DNA of 64,000 bases from Nannocystales bacterium (GCA_050633305.1 JBOEGF010000032.1:32001-96000), one strand, 5' to 3'. Positions 40,766 through 51,755 are shown, numbered from the stretch's first letter. Program-made: numbers and translations. Notes: generated from the sequence alone by a model not told the origin.

Positions 40766-43111
40766 CTACGGCGGGTCGGCGGCGGCGGACTCTTCGTCCT
40801 CGTCGGGGAGTTCGTCGTACAGACCGAGCAGCACATCCCCCTTGGGGAGCGCTGCAGGAACAGCCTCCTCGATGGGCTCGCTTCCTTCGAGGAAGTACTC
40901 GTCGAGCGTCTTCCCCTCGTAGCCCTCCGCCGCTGAGCCGGTCGGCACGAGCAGGCCGGATTCCGCATCGATGGTGCGCACGCTGACCGACGCGGGCGGC
41001 ACGAAACTCTTGGCCGGTCCAACCGAGACCGCTTTCATCGCGCCCAGCCAGATCGGAAGTGCCGCCTTGCCGCCGGTCTCCCCTTTGCCAACCCGCTTGG
41101 GCTGATCGAAGCCGACCCACGCCACGGTCACATGGTCGGGGGTGTAGCCGGCGAACCAGGCGTCGCGGCTCTCGTTGGAGGTCCCCGTCTTGCCCACTGC
41201 GTCTCGTCCCAACGCGCCCGCCTTCCGGCCGGTCCCTTCGGTCACCACACTTCGCATCATGCTGGTGAGCAGAAACGCGGGGCCTTCCTCGAGCACACGT
41301 CGCTTCGGCTGTTCCGGCACCCAGTCCTCTGCGCCAACGGCCTCGACTCGAGTCACGATCCGCGGCTCGATGCGCTCGCCGCCGCGGGCAAACGTCGTGT
41401 ACGCGTGCGCCATCTCGAACGGCGAGACTTCGCCGGTGCCCAGCGCGAGCGAGAGGTTCTCCGGCAGTGTGGAGTCGATGCCCATCTCGTGGGCGAACTC
41501 GACGACGGTCTTGGGGGTGAGTTCGTCGATCAGTTTGACCGGAATCGTATTGACCGACTTCGCCAGCGCGACACGAGCCCGGACCTTTCCAAGGTAGCGG
41601 TCCCGTTTGTAGTTGGTCGGCTTCCAGTCCTTGTAAACCTCGGGGCTGTCATCGAGCAGCGTCGCGGGGGAGATCGTGTTCTGTGCCAACGCAGCGCCGT
41701 ACACGAAGGGTTTGAAGGACGAGCCGGGCTGCCGCTTCGCATCCATCGCACGGTTGAAGTCACCGCGGTCGTGCGAGCTCCCGCCAACCATCGCGAGTAC
41801 GTCACCGGTGGCAACATCGAGGACGATCACCGCGGCCTGCGGGCCCGCATCGATGCGGGCCTGCGCGGGGGCATCCTTCGTCGCGGGTTTCGTAATGCGA
41901 ACCGGGACGACCGCGCCGACGGGGAACTCGGGGAGTTCGTCATCGGCGTCCGGCGTCCGCTCTCGATCCGTCAGCGCCACCGTGAGGGAGACCGCACCCG
42001 CCTTGGCCTGCAGCGTCTCCGCGCCCACCTCGGCGATCACCACTTCGAGATGTCGACCGGCCACCAGCGCGCCGGAGGCTTCTGATGCGACCCTCGCCAA
42101 CGCCTCCTCGTCCGCCACCTTCAGACCGCGGGCATACCCATTGCGTCCGTCGATCGCGACGAGCCCCGCGATCGCAGCGCGACGAACCTCGCCCTGAGTC
42201 CGCATCGAGACCGTGGTGTGAACGGCAGCGCCCACGGTCATGAGGTCGTCCCCGTAGTGCTCCCGGAGGATCGCAAGCGTGGCATCGACGAACTCCTCGG
42301 CGCCGCCCACGACGACGTCGCGTTCCTGCGGCGTTGCGAGGTCCAAGGGAGCGTCGATGTAGCGCTGCGCGTCGTCGGAGGTGGCAAACCCATGCTTGAC
42401 CATCTGCCGCAGGACGTAGACCTGCCGGGTCTTGGCCTTTTCGGGGTTTTGCAGCGGGGAGTCACGGCCCGGGGCCTTGGGCAACGTCGCAAGCAATGCA
42501 GCCTGCCCCATGTCGATGTCCGAGATGCTCTTGCCGAAGTAGAACCGACTGGCTTCCTCGATGCCGTAGCGGCCATGCCCGAGATAGATCTCGTTGAGGT
42601 ACAGCTGAAGAATTTCGGTCTTGGAGAACGCCTGCTCAAGCCGTCGCGCCAGCAGCAGCTCCTGCACCTTCCGCTCGAGACTTCGCTCCGGGCTGAGCAT
42701 GAAGGTCTTGACCACCTGCTGGGTGATCGTGGACGCACCCTGGGTCACCTTCCCTGCCCGAACGTTGGCGATGAGCGCCCGGACCATGCCCGCGTAGTCC
42801 ATCCCCTCGTGCCGATAGAAGTCGGCATCCTCCGCGGCCAAGAATGCGTTCTCGACGTGACTGGGGACCTGTTCGTACCGAATGATGGTTCGGCGCTGCT
42901 CGAACACCTCGCCGATCACCTCGCCGTCGCGCGCGTAGATCCGCGTGACCTGCGGGGGCGCGTAGTTCTTGAGCCCGTCCTCGTCGAGCGCTTCGAGGTC
43001 CTGCCCGTAGTACCAGAACATCCCGACCACCCCGCCCACGCCCGCGACCACGCCGAAGACGCATAGCGAAACGAACGAGATGATGATCCGGCGGACCCAG
43101 ACGTTCTTCAC
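40766..43111 (-). CDS. mrcA: Class A penicillin-binding protein (PBP1A family)
   Basis: GT51 AEDADFYRHEG, GASTITQQVVK, RKVQE; transpeptidase SSFK, SVN, KTG. Confidence 0.93.
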   Translation of the reverse strand: MKNVWVRRIIISFVSLCVFGVVAGVGGVVGMFWYYGQDLEALDEDGLKNYAPPQVTRIYARDGEVIGEVFEQRRTIIRYEQVPSHVENAFLAAEDADFYRHEGMDYAGMVRALIANVRAGKVTQGASTITQQVVKTFMLSPERSLERKVQELLLARRLEQAFSKTEILQLYLNEIYLGHGRYGIEEASRFYFGKSISDIDMGQAALLATLPKAPGRDSPLQNPEKAKTRQVYVLRQMVKHGFATSDDAQRYIDAPLDLATPQERDVVVGGAEEFVDATLAILREHYGDDLMTVGAAVHTTVSMRTQGEVRRAAIAGLVAIDGRNGYARGLKVADEEALARVASEASGALVAGRHLEVVIAEVGAETLQAKAGAVSLTVALTDRERTPDADDELPEFPVGAVVPVRITKPATKDAPAQARIDAGPQAAVIVLDVATGDVLAMVGGSSHDRGDFNRAMDAKRQPGSSFKPFVYGAALAQNTISPATLLDDSPEVYKDWKPTNYKRDRYLGKVRARVALAKSVNTIPVKLIDELTPKTVVEFAHEMGIDSTLPENLSLALGTGEVSPFEMAHAYTTFARGGERIEPRIVTRVEAVGAEDWVPEQPKRRVLEEGPAFLLTSMMRSVVTEGTGRKAGALGRDAVGKTGTSNESRDAWFAGYTPDHVTVAWVGFDQPKRVGKGETGGKAALPIWLGAMKAVSVGPAKSFVPPASVSVRTIDAESGLLVPTGSAAEGYEGKTLDEYFLEGSEPIEEAVPAALPKGDVLLGLYDELPDEDEESAAADPP

Positions 43112-43800
43112 GAAGACTCCATCGGGATGCCGAGCAACGAGGACCACAACCGCTCGTCCACGCTGTCCATGTAGTGGCGCGCCCGCAGCTGGTCGCGTTG
43201 CTGCGCATCGAGGCCAACCGCCCCGGCCGCACGATGCCGGGAGGTCAGGTTGTACAGCGTGATCGCGGCGCTCACCGACAGGTTGAGGCTCTCACTCATG
43301 CCGAACATGGGGATGCGGAAGCCACCCGTACATGCCGCTCGCGCCTCGGCCGAGAGTCCGCGCGTCTCGTTGCCGAACACCACGCAGATCGGGCGGTCGA
43401 CGGGAAGCTCTTCCACCGTCCGCTCGGCGTCCATCCATGCGCCAAATATCGACACCCCGTTCAGCGTGTCCTGGCCCAGGAAATCCGAGAGATGGTCATG
43501 GTGGTGCGTACGCACCCAGCGGAACGCGCCCTGCGTTGTGTTCTTGGCATGAAGTGCTCTGCGCTCGCTTGCCACGAGGTGGACGTCCAACACCCCCAAC
43601 GCTTCAGCAGTCCGCACGACGGCCGCCGCGTTGTGAGGGTCGCTTGGGGCCTCGATTGCGACCTGAATCTGGGGCAGACGTCGGTCGAGGAGCCGCTCGA
43701 TCTTCTCCCGCCGGACCTCGGTCACGTAGGGGGTCAGCGTCTGAGCAATGTGCGTTGCGGTGTGGGCCTGAGTGAGGCGCGCAAAGGTGCGATCGTCCAT
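43108..43800 (-). CDS. TrmH/SpoU-family RNA methyltransferase
   Basis: DPHNAAAVVRTAEALG, FGNETRGLS, IPMFGMSESLNLSVS; start uncertain (43800-43839). Confidence 0.88.
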   Translation of the reverse strand: MDDRTFARLTQAHTATHIAQTLTPYVTEVRREKIERLLDRRLPQIQVAIEAPSDPHNAAAVVRTAEALGVLDVHLVASERRALHAKNTTQGAFRWVRTHHHDHLSDFLGQDTLNGVSIFGAWMDAERTVEELPVDRPICVVFGNETRGLSAEARAACTGGFRIPMFGMSESLNLSVSAAITLYNLTSRHRAAGAVGLDAQQRDQLRARHYMDSVDERLWSSLLGIPMESS

Positions 43801-43914
43801 CGAACGCCGAGACAATGGCATGCGTAGCGCGGGTTGCACACCCCACCAACGCGCGAGCGAGCCGTTGTCATCCCGCGCCGCCGACCCCCGCCGCGCATGC
43901 CGCAGAACCCGGCC

Positions 43915-46296
43915 CTAGCCGTCCATGGCGGGACTTCCGAGATCGTCGACGTTCGCGGGATCCTCGCTCCCAGGAAGGTCTTCGAGGCTCGGCAGCCCGT
44001 CATACCCGTCCGCCGGATCGAGGTCGAGATCGAGGTCGGAGGGGACCTCCGGTGGTGGGTCATCGAGCACGGCCGCGCTGCTCAGCAGTCCGGAGAGCGG
44101 CATCTGGGTGAACGTGCCTGCGCGCATCCGCTTGATTCGGGCCTGGCACGTCTTGACCGATCCCCGACGGCGGAGATCGAACACCACGGGCTGCTCCTTC
44201 CAGAGTTCATACTCGAGGTCGGACAACCGGCCGCGCTCGTTCATCAGTCGCAGGATCCGCTGCACCTTGATGTTAAAGCGCTCGGACAGCTCCCCGTTGC
44301 AGTAGTAGACGCTGCGCTTGACCGGGCTGGGCAGCATCAGCGCCAGGAACACCGCCTCTGGAGGATCGAGGTCACCGGGGTGTTTTCCGAAGTAGTAACT
44401 CGACGCATCGACGATCCCATAGATGCCTGGGCCGTACTCGATCCCGTTGAGGTACAGCTCCATGATCCGGTCCTTGCTGAGGACCTTTTCGACGTACCAA
44501 GTCAGGAACATCTCTTGGAACTTCCGAGACAACGTCCGCTCGTGCCCGAGCAGCACGTTCTTGACCATCTGCATGGTGATCGTCGAGGCACCGAGCCGCA
44601 CCCGTCCCGCCGCGAGGTTTCGACGCAGCGCCACCTCGAACTGTGAGGGCATGAAGCCGTTGTGCTTCCAGAATCCTCCGTCCTCCGTCGTACGGATCGC
44701 CGCGGTCACCACCGGAGAGATCTGACGGATCGAAGCGAACCCGCGAGCGCCGGGGAACATCTGCACCGAAGAGGTCCCACCGTCGTTCAGCAGCACGCGG
44801 TGCGTGAACCCGCTGGCGAGACGATCGCGGTCCGCGACGATCGGCGTGGCTCGAACCTCGCACCCCTCCATGTCGACGAGTCCGCCCAGAGCGAGCGTCT
44901 CGAGGTCGGCGTAGTCGACTTGCAAGGTGACATGCGCGCCAAACTCTCCGCCCAACCGGAACCCGTCGAGCCCAGGGGCGAAGCCGTCGGGCACCGCGTC
45001 GAGCACCGACTGGCAGGCCACGTGCGGCAGATCAGCCACAACATCGTAGCGACGCCCCCGCTTGCGTTCGGGGTGTTCCAACACCGCAGAGGCCGTCAGC
45101 TTCACGCCCCGACGCTCCACATCGACGTAGTGCAGGATCGCGCGCCGGCCGACGGGGTCGACCTCTGCGGCGAAGGACACATCCATCCCGAGGTCGCGGA
45201 CCGTCTGCCGCGCCAGAGTTGGGGACGAAACCCCAAAGCCCTGCAGCGAAAGATCTCCTTCGAGGGCGGCCACCCCATCGCCGAACACGACCGCGAGGTG
45301 GCCCCCGACGGTGGCCTCATCCGACTCCACCAGCGGCAGTTTTGCGATGACGTCTTGGGGGACGCGGGCGACCTCGAAGGCGTCCATGTCGAGCCGTAGG
45401 ACACCTTCGGAGAGATCGCGGCGAACGCGGCCCGCGACCGACCACAGCTTTTCGACAGCCGACTGGGTCTTGGCGTCGCCGAACGCCCCCGCAAGGTCGA
45501 GCGAGATCTCGGTCCCGTTCGCATCCGAGGCCTGCACCCACCCGTCGACTCCAGCCACCGCGATCCCCTCCTCGATCGGGGCGGCGACACCTCGGACCTC
45601 GACGCGTTGCGGAAAGCGGATCGCGTAGCCCTCTTCGGTCTTGTCCGCCTGAACCGTCGCGCTGAGTGACCTCGCGAGAATCTCCGCCCCCTCGCCGTTG
45701 TCGAGTTGGATCTCCGAGGCCGAGCTCACCACGCGCAGCGCAGCCACGTCGATGTTCGCGTCGAGCGTCGCTCGAACCCGGCGCGCACCCCGAGTCACAT
45801 CCAGCTTGAGGCCCTCGATGCGGAGCTGCTCTGGCCGCATTTTCACGCGGCCGGTCGAGACCTTGGCGCCCGGCTTGCGCCCGGAGCGAATGCGTCGGAC
45901 GAGATCCTGGAAGCTCTCGACCGTCCCGCTTGCGAGGCCACCGTGGACTCGCGCCGCCGTGACTTGTGCGACCCCGGACCACAGCGCGTCCTCATCGAGG
46001 CTGACCTCGACGCGGTCGAGTGTGATCGTGGGCTCTCCGTCCCCGCCCCCGACTCGAACCGACGCCAACGAGACTTGTCCCCACTCGACGGTGACCTTCT
46101 CGACCTCAAATCCGACCTTGAGTCGGCGCCGAATCCGTTCCTCGATCTGGGCTTCAGCATAGGGAACCGCGAGCAGCGGGATGGCGGCCGCGCTCAGGCC
46201 CAGAGCCACGACCAACGCGACCAACAACACCCCGACGACGACCGGCCAGCGGCGTCGTTTGGGTTTGGGGGCAGGTGATCGCGCGGGGGGCATCAT
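43915..46296 (-). CDS. Large monofunctional peptidoglycan transglycosylase
   Basis: N-terminal TM, long beta-rich region, C-terminal GT51 motifs EDGGFWKHNG, GASTITMQMVKN, RKFQE; no transpeptidase motifs. Confidence 0.85.
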   Translation of the reverse strand: MMPPARSPAPKPKRRRWPVVVGVLLVALVVALGLSAAAIPLLAVPYAEAQIEERIRRRLKVGFEVEKVTVEWGQVSLASVRVGGGDGEPTITLDRVEVSLDEDALWSGVAQVTAARVHGGLASGTVESFQDLVRRIRSGRKPGAKVSTGRVKMRPEQLRIEGLKLDVTRGARRVRATLDANIDVAALRVVSSASEIQLDNGEGAEILARSLSATVQADKTEEGYAIRFPQRVEVRGVAAPIEEGIAVAGVDGWVQASDANGTEISLDLAGAFGDAKTQSAVEKLWSVAGRVRRDLSEGVLRLDMDAFEVARVPQDVIAKLPLVESDEATVGGHLAVVFGDGVAALEGDLSLQGFGVSSPTLARQTVRDLGMDVSFAAEVDPVGRRAILHYVDVERRGVKLTASAVLEHPERKRGRRYDVVADLPHVACQSVLDAVPDGFAPGLDGFRLGGEFGAHVTLQVDYADLETLALGGLVDMEGCEVRATPIVADRDRLASGFTHRVLLNDGGTSSVQMFPGARGFASIRQISPVVTAAIRTTEDGGFWKHNGFMPSQFEVALRRNLAAGRVRLGASTITMQMVKNVLLGHERTLSRKFQEMFLTWYVEKVLSKDRIMELYLNGIEYGPGIYGIVDASSYYFGKHPGDLDPPEAVFLALMLPSPVKRSVYYCNGELSERFNIKVQRILRLMNERGRLSDLEYELWKEQPVVFDLRRRGSVKTCQARIKRMRAGTFTQMPLSGLLSSAAVLDDPPPEVPSDLDLDLDPADGYDGLPSLEDLPGSEDPANVDDLGSPAMDG

Positions 46297-46436
46297 CGGT
46301 GGGCCGTTCCTCGTACGCGGGCTGCAAGCCCGGGATTCCGCGGCCAGGCCGGATGGTAGACGAAGCCGAACCAAAAGAAACGCCGCGCTCAACGAGCACG
46401 GCGAGTCTGGCTACTTCGTGGCGAGGACTGGAGGGC

Positions 46437-47003
46437 TCAGCGACGGGCGCACTGGATGGCCCAGAAGATCCGTCCTGTCACCTCACCGGACTTGTGCTCG
46501 CCGCCCTGGACAAAGAACAAACCGTTGTCTTCGATGCTGTAGTCCATCGCGACGAGGTTCTTCTTGCCGTCGCGGTGGGTCAGATCCAGGTGCAGCTTGA
46601 GCTTCTTCTCGTCTCCACCGAGAAGGCTCAGCTTCATCTTGTGCCCGGTCTTGAACTCGGCTGCCGTGGCCTTGCTGACCTTGAGTTCGACCTTCTTGGA
46701 CCCCAGGAGGTGGAACGACTTGTAGCGGTCGTACGGCTCGTCCGTGAGCCACTCCTTCATGAACTCGAGGTTCTTGGGAATCTTACCGTCGCCCTCCTTG
46801 GAGGCGAGGACCGCGTGGACCTTGCAGACGGCTTTTTCGGCGTTGGTGCTGGCCTTCGGTTTGGCCTTCGGACTGGCCGGCTTCTTCGCCGGCGCCGCGT
46901 GGGCGCTCGTGGAAACCGAGGCGACTGCCGCGAGTGCAGCAGCAGGCACGAGGAGGGAGCTGAGGGCCAGGGAGAGCAAGCTCTTGGTGCGTCGGGGCTT
47001 CAT
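46437..47003 (-). CDS. Hypothetical secreted Lys-rich protein in ECF operon
   Basis: Signal peptide; start overlaps the anti-sigma stop. Confidence 0.7.
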   Translation of the reverse strand: MKPRRTKSLLSLALSSLLVPAAALAAVASVSTSAHAAPAKKPASPKAKPKASTNAEKAVCKVHAVLASKEGDGKIPKNLEFMKEWLTDEPYDRYKSFHLLGSKKVELKVSKATAAEFKTGHKMKLSLLGGDEKKLKLHLDLTHRDGKKNLVAMDYSIEDNGLFFVQGGEHKSGEVTGRIFWAIQCARR

Positions 47004-47740
47004 AGCGAACGCTCGGTGTCTTTGGGCTGGGCCTCTTCTTCGAGGTAGAGGACGGTGACGGTCCCGGTCTTGGAGATGCGGCCGGTGTGTCCCGAGAACT
47101 CGACCCCGTGAATCTCTGCCTCGACCTTCTTGGGGCTGGGCAGGTCATCCTCGGCACCCAGTGCAGGGTCCGGGTTGGGAAGATCTTGGGCGGCGGCCAT
47201 GCGTTCTCCGAGTGGGAGAGCCGAAGGAGCATCCTTCGTCTCGGCGCCCGGAGCGACAGCCGTGTCCGGCTCCTGATTCGCTGCGGGCTCCTGTGCAGAC
47301 GCGACAGCGCCGGGATTATTCTCGGCGTCCGGCCCTTTGTTGGGGTCCGGGTTCGGAGTCGACACCACCACCAGTGTCACAGCCGCGGCAGCCGCCGCCG
47401 CCGCGAGCGGGAGACGTGCCGGCCGGAGCGCAGTCCAGACTCTGGACCACAGCGAGCCCGCGGAAGACGGAGCCGCAGCAGCCGCCTCGCGGTCGAGCTG
47501 ACGGTCGATGTCATCCCAGATCTGCTCAAACCGGGCCTGCGGGATCTCTGCCGCCTTGGTTTTGAGCGTCTCTTGTACGAGACCGCGAACAATCCCCATC
47601 TGCGCGAGTTCATCGCGCAGGTCGGGATCGGCGTCGATCTGGGCGGCGAGCTCGTGGGCCTCGGCCCCGGTGCTTTCGCCGTCGAAGTGAAGCGCGAGTT
47701 CGTCACGCGACACGCCGGAGGTTCCAACTTGGTTGGTCAT
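47000..47740 (-). CDS. Anti-sigma factor (single TM)
   Basis: LALHFDGE (ZAS-like without Cys), TM PLAAAAAAAAVTLVVV; coupled to the ECF sigma. Confidence 0.75.
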   Translation of the reverse strand: MTNQVGTSGVSRDELALHFDGESTGAEAHELAAQIDADPDLRDELAQMGIVRGLVQETLKTKAAEIPQARFEQIWDDIDRQLDREAAAAAPSSAGSLWSRVWTALRPARLPLAAAAAAAAVTLVVVSTPNPDPNKGPDAENNPGAVASAQEPAANQEPDTAVAPGAETKDAPSALPLGERMAAAQDLPNPDPALGAEDDLPSPKKVEAEIHGVEFSGHTGRISKTGTVTVLYLEEEAQPKDTERSL

Positions 47741-48456
47741 GATGCAGCCTCCTGTGAGACGGACCCGGATGCCCCGGTGTTCGATTTGGACTCAGGTTTA
47801 TTTCCGGCCTTCGCCTTTTTCGGTTTGGGACTCCCATCCGGGTCGTCCTCGGTCGTGCTCGGGACGTGCTCTAGGCGCGTCTTGAGCTGCTTTTGCATGT
47901 TCCGGCGGGCGTGGAACAGCCGGCTCATGATCGTGCCCTTGGAGCAGTTCATCGCCTTGGCCATGTCCGCATAGGAGAGGCCTTGCAGCTCGCGCATGAC
48001 GATCACCATCCGATGCTTCTCGCTGAGTTCGTCCAAGCTGTTCTCGACCGCATCGAGGATCTCCTTGTTGCGGACGGCCTTGGAGGGGTCCCCCAGCGTG
48101 GAGGCTGGAAGACGGTCGGACGATGCATCGGTCTCGCCGTCATGGCGCAGCTTGTCGTCGAACTCGACGTCCTTCTTGCGGCCGGCGCGCCGGAGGTGGT
48201 CGATGCAGAGGTTGGCGACGATTCGATACAGCCACGTGTAGAAGCTGGATTGACCCTCGAACTTCGGCAGGTAGCGGTGGACCTTGATGAAGGCCTCTTG
48301 GGTGACGTCCAGCGCATCTTCCTGGTTCCGGAGGAATCCATACGCAACGGCGTAGACCTTGCGCTCATAGCGCTTAAACAGGATCTGGAACGCACGACGA
48401 TCCCCACCCTTGCAGGCTTCGACCAGCTCGTGGTCGTCGGCTTCGTTGGAAACCAC
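47737..48456 (-). CDS. ECF RNA polymerase sigma factor (RpoE-like)
   Basis: DALDVTQEAFIKV, SSFYTWLYRI, GLSYADMA, GTIMSRLFHAR. Confidence 0.93.
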   Translation of the reverse strand: MVSNEADDHELVEACKGGDRRAFQILFKRYERKVYAVAYGFLRNQEDALDVTQEAFIKVHRYLPKFEGQSSFYTWLYRIVANLCIDHLRRAGRKKDVEFDDKLRHDGETDASSDRLPASTLGDPSKAVRNKEILDAVENSLDELSEKHRMVIVMRELQGLSYADMAKAMNCSKGTIMSRLFHARRNMQKQLKTRLEHVPSTTEDDPDGSPKPKKAKAGNKPESKSNTGASGSVSQEAAS

Positions 48457-48641
48457 GTGTTGCTCGCGCTTCGACGGCCGGCGATGGGGACTATTCAGGG
48501 GCGAATGTCTGTCCCGTTAGAACCCGGCCCCGGAACGGGGCGGTGGGGTCGCGGCAGCCCGGCCAGTGACTGCGTGGCGAAGCGCGGTTATACCTTTCCT
48601 CGCCCCCCGCGCGCCAACCCCTGGCCAGCGCGAGGCGCAAT

Positions 48642-51600
48642 GTGGAGCTCCGCTTGGCTGTCCCGCCCTCGAATACCGTTGCGCCGCTGACGCGGTTTTT
48701 GGTCTCAGCGTCCCGCATCGCGGCTCTACGCACCGCTGGCGCGGGGCTGTTCGATGCCGCCCTGATCGCCTGTGCATGCGCGGGAGCCGGCGCTTGGCTC
48801 GCAGGATGGACACTTCGCGGCGACATCGTGGCCCCGGTCGCGCTCGGGGCGGCCAGCGTCAGCCTGCTCGTCTGGGTAGGGCGCCACGCACTCCATGCCT
48901 GGCGGGCCCACGGGCGCCCGATGCGAACCGCAGCTTCGATCGCCCGCCACCGTGGGCCGCTCGGCGAGGACGGTCCCGGGCACGTCGCGGCCGATCGGAG
49001 CCTCCGTCATGAAGTGATGGGGGCGATGGAGCTGGCCAGCGGCGCCGAGGTCCGCTCGCCCGATCTCGCCGCGGCCTACATCGACGACGTCGCGCGCCGC
49101 GTCCGCCAACCGAGAATCGACGCGGCCCTCGCCCTGCCCAGTCCGCGCTGGCGAGCCCGCGCCGCGGCTTCGATGCTCGTCGGGGCACTCGCGGTGTCCT
49201 GCGTGGTGGCCCCCACGGCCGTCGGTGGTCTGGCCCTGTTGCTCTCCGGTCACGACGGTCGCCCCCCTGCCCCTCCCGAGCCCGCGTGGTCATCGCTGAC
49301 CCTGGAGCTTCGGTATCCGGAGCACACGCGCCGGCCGCCTCGGGTCGTCCCCAACCCCAGCGGCGCCCTTCGAGTGGTCGCTGGAACCGAGGTCATGCTG
49401 ACTCTAGAAGCGTGGCGACCCGCAGCACAGGCCCGCGCGGTCCTCAACTACGACCCAAGCGCGGAGCTCGAGCACCCCGAGCCCGAGGTCGTTGAGCTCA
49501 CCGCCCTCCCCCCCGACCCCGACAACCCCGAGGCGAAACCTGGCCTCCGCTTCGAGGGCACCTTCGTCGCACGTGGCGCCGGCACATGGACCGTCGTCCT
49601 GCTCGACGAACCCGACGCCGAGGACGACGCCCGGCATTCGCCACCGATGCCGCTCGTGCTCGAAGACGACCGCGCTCCGGATGTCGAGCTGCTGCCGCTG
49701 CCCGCGGCACAGCGGGAAGTCAGCGAGCAACAGAGCGTCGATGTGCGCTTCGTCGCCCGGGATGATTTCGGCGTGGCCTCGGCGGAGCTCGTCTATCAGA
49801 TGCCCGACGGGACCACGCACCGACTCAGTGCGGGGACTCCAACCGCGTCCAACCGCGCCTGGCGACAACGCTACACCTGGGACCTCTCCTCGGTCCCCAT
49901 CGAGCAGCGCAGCGAGGTCCTGTACTGGGTCGAGGTCCGCGACAACGACCCGGGATTGGGCCTGATCGCCCTCGCCGACCCACCGGGAAAGATGACGCGC
50001 TCGGCCACAATGTCGCTGGTCGTCCAAGACGATGAAGCCGAGCACGCGGCCAACATCGTCAAGCTCGCGGAGCTCCGCGATCGCGCCGTGGACCTTCTGG
50101 CCGCCCGTATGACCACGCGGGCGTTCGAGGAGGCCCCAACCGACCCCGCGGGCTTCGAGATCCCGCTCCCTGTCCAAGCCGCCGGCGCTCGTGAGCTGCT
50201 GGGGGGCAGCGGACAGCTCCTGGCGATGCTCGCGCTGGCGATCGACTCACTCAGCGTCGACACGCTCACCCACGAGCGCGACGTCGCGATTCTGACCAAG
50301 GTTCATAAGCGCCTCAAGGGTCTGCACGACGAGGCGCTGAAGCTGCACGTCAAGATGCCGACCGGACTCGAACGGCGAGACCCCGATGCCACCGACGCGG
50401 CGCTCGACAAGCTCGGGAAACACAACGAAGAAGAAATCACCCAGCTCGAGGACGAGATCATCCGTATCGACGACCTCGTCGACGGTCAGGTCATCGAGCG
50501 GCTCGAAGCGCTGGTCGCCCGGCTCGAGGCAACACAGCGCAAACTCGTCGACCTGCTCGAGCAGCTCAAGGCCGGCGATTCGTCCGCACGCGCGCAGATC
50601 GAACAACTCGAGCAGCGGCGGAGGGACGACCTGCGCCGGATCGCCGAAGCGCGCGCCATGCTCCGCGAGGAGCTCGATCCCGAGTTCATGAACCTCGACG
50701 CATTCAAGGCGTTGGAGGACATGAAGAAGCAAGAGCAGCTCTCCGAGATGCTTCGCCAAGGCAAGACGGACGAGGCCCTCGAAGCCGCCAAGGGGCAGCT
50801 GGGCGAGGTTCAGCAGCTGCGCGATGCCGTCCAGGAGAAGCTCGGTCAGCCCCAGGGTGAAGCGCCTGCCCTCTCGGAGGAGGAGCGTCAGCGCATGGAG
50901 CTGCTGCGTGAACTCAGCCGACTGCAGGACGAGGAGTCGAGCGTTCGCTCCAAGACCCAGGAACTCGAAGAGGCCTACCGGTCCAAGGTCAAGTCACAGG
51001 CCGCGCAGGAGGATGACCGGAAGGATGCTGGTGCACAGGCGCAGGCGCTTCGAAAGTCGCTCGAGGAGATCAATGACGCCCGCCTGGGACGCGACGCCCG
51101 GCGCGGACTGGAAGATGCACGCGCGGCCCTCGAACGCCTCGAGGACACCGCTGAGCGCGAAGACGCGACGCAGCTGCAACTCGATGATGCGGCTCGGGCC
51201 GCCGCGGAGGGGTTGCAACGCGCGCAGGCGGGCTCCGAGACCACGGAGCGGGAGGGCAAGGCGCTGAAGAAGGCTGGGAAGAAGGCTCAGGCGCTGCGCA
51301 CCCAGACACGCAAGCCGCTCCCGGGCACGTCCGATGTCTTGGATGCGACCCAACAAGCCAAACTCGAGGAGCTCGAGGGCCGGCAAGAAGGACTGCGGAC
51401 GAGAGCCTCGACGCTGATGGAGTCGGACAACGCGAAGCTGCTCCCCAAGGAAGGCCGCGGCGCGATGCGAGACGCCGACGGCTCGATGGAGCGAAGCGCG
51501 GACGAGCTCGGCAAGGACGGAACAGAACGGGCTCTCCAAGCCCAGAACGGGGCCTGGAACGCGCTGCAGCGCGCGATTGACAGTCTCCGGGAAGGTCCCC

Positions 51601-51755
51601 CTCCGCCCCCTCCGCAGGGCGGTTCCCACGATGCCAGCACCGAGGCCGAACGCGACCGCAGCCTCCGGGACGCGCTCATGGAGGCGATGAAGGAGAAGTC
51701 GCCCGATGGATACGATGCGCCCGTGAAGCGTTACTACGAGGAGTTGCTCCGATGA
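48642..51755 (+). CDS. DUF4175-like large membrane-anchored coiled-coil protein
   Basis: N-terminal TMs, YPEHT, DDRAP, DDFGV, DND motifs, long coiled coil, C-terminal VKRYYEELLR; start uncertain. Confidence 0.7.
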   Translation: MELRLAVPPSNTVAPLTRFLVSASRIAALRTAGAGLFDAALIACACAGAGAWLAGWTLRGDIVAPVALGAASVSLLVWVGRHALHAWRAHGRPMRTAASIARHRGPLGEDGPGHVAADRSLRHEVMGAMELASGAEVRSPDLAAAYIDDVARRVRQPRIDAALALPSPRWRARAAASMLVGALAVSCVVAPTAVGGLALLLSGHDGRPPAPPEPAWSSLTLELRYPEHTRRPPRVVPNPSGALRVVAGTEVMLTLEAWRPAAQARAVLNYDPSAELEHPEPEVVELTALPPDPDNPEAKPGLRFEGTFVARGAGTWTVVLLDEPDAEDDARHSPPMPLVLEDDRAPDVELLPLPAAQREVSEQQSVDVRFVARDDFGVASAELVYQMPDGTTHRLSAGTPTASNRAWRQRYTWDLSSVPIEQRSEVLYWVEVRDNDPGLGLIALADPPGKMTRSATMSLVVQDDEAEHAANIVKLAELRDRAVDLLAARMTTRAFEEAPTDPAGFEIPLPVQAAGARELLGGSGQLLAMLALAIDSLSVDTLTHERDVAILTKVHKRLKGLHDEALKLHVKMPTGLERRDPDATDAALDKLGKHNEEEITQLEDEIIRIDDLVDGQVIERLEALVARLEATQRKLVDLLEQLKAGDSSARAQIEQLEQRRRDDLRRIAEARAMLREELDPEFMNLDAFKALEDMKKQEQLSEMLRQGKTDEALEAAKGQLGEVQQLRDAVQEKLGQPQGEAPALSEEERQRMELLRELSRLQDEESSVRSKTQELEEAYRSKVKSQAAQEDDRKDAGAQAQALRKSLEEINDARLGRDARRGLEDARAALERLEDTAEREDATQLQLDDAARAAAEGLQRAQAGSETTEREGKALKKAGKKAQALRTQTRKPLPGTSDVLDATQQAKLEELEGRQEGLRTRASTLMESDNAKLLPKEGRGAMRDADGSMERSADELGKDGTERALQAQNGAWNALQRAIDSLREGPPPPPPQGGSHDASTEAERDRSLRDALMEAMKEKSPDGYDAPVKRYYEELLR

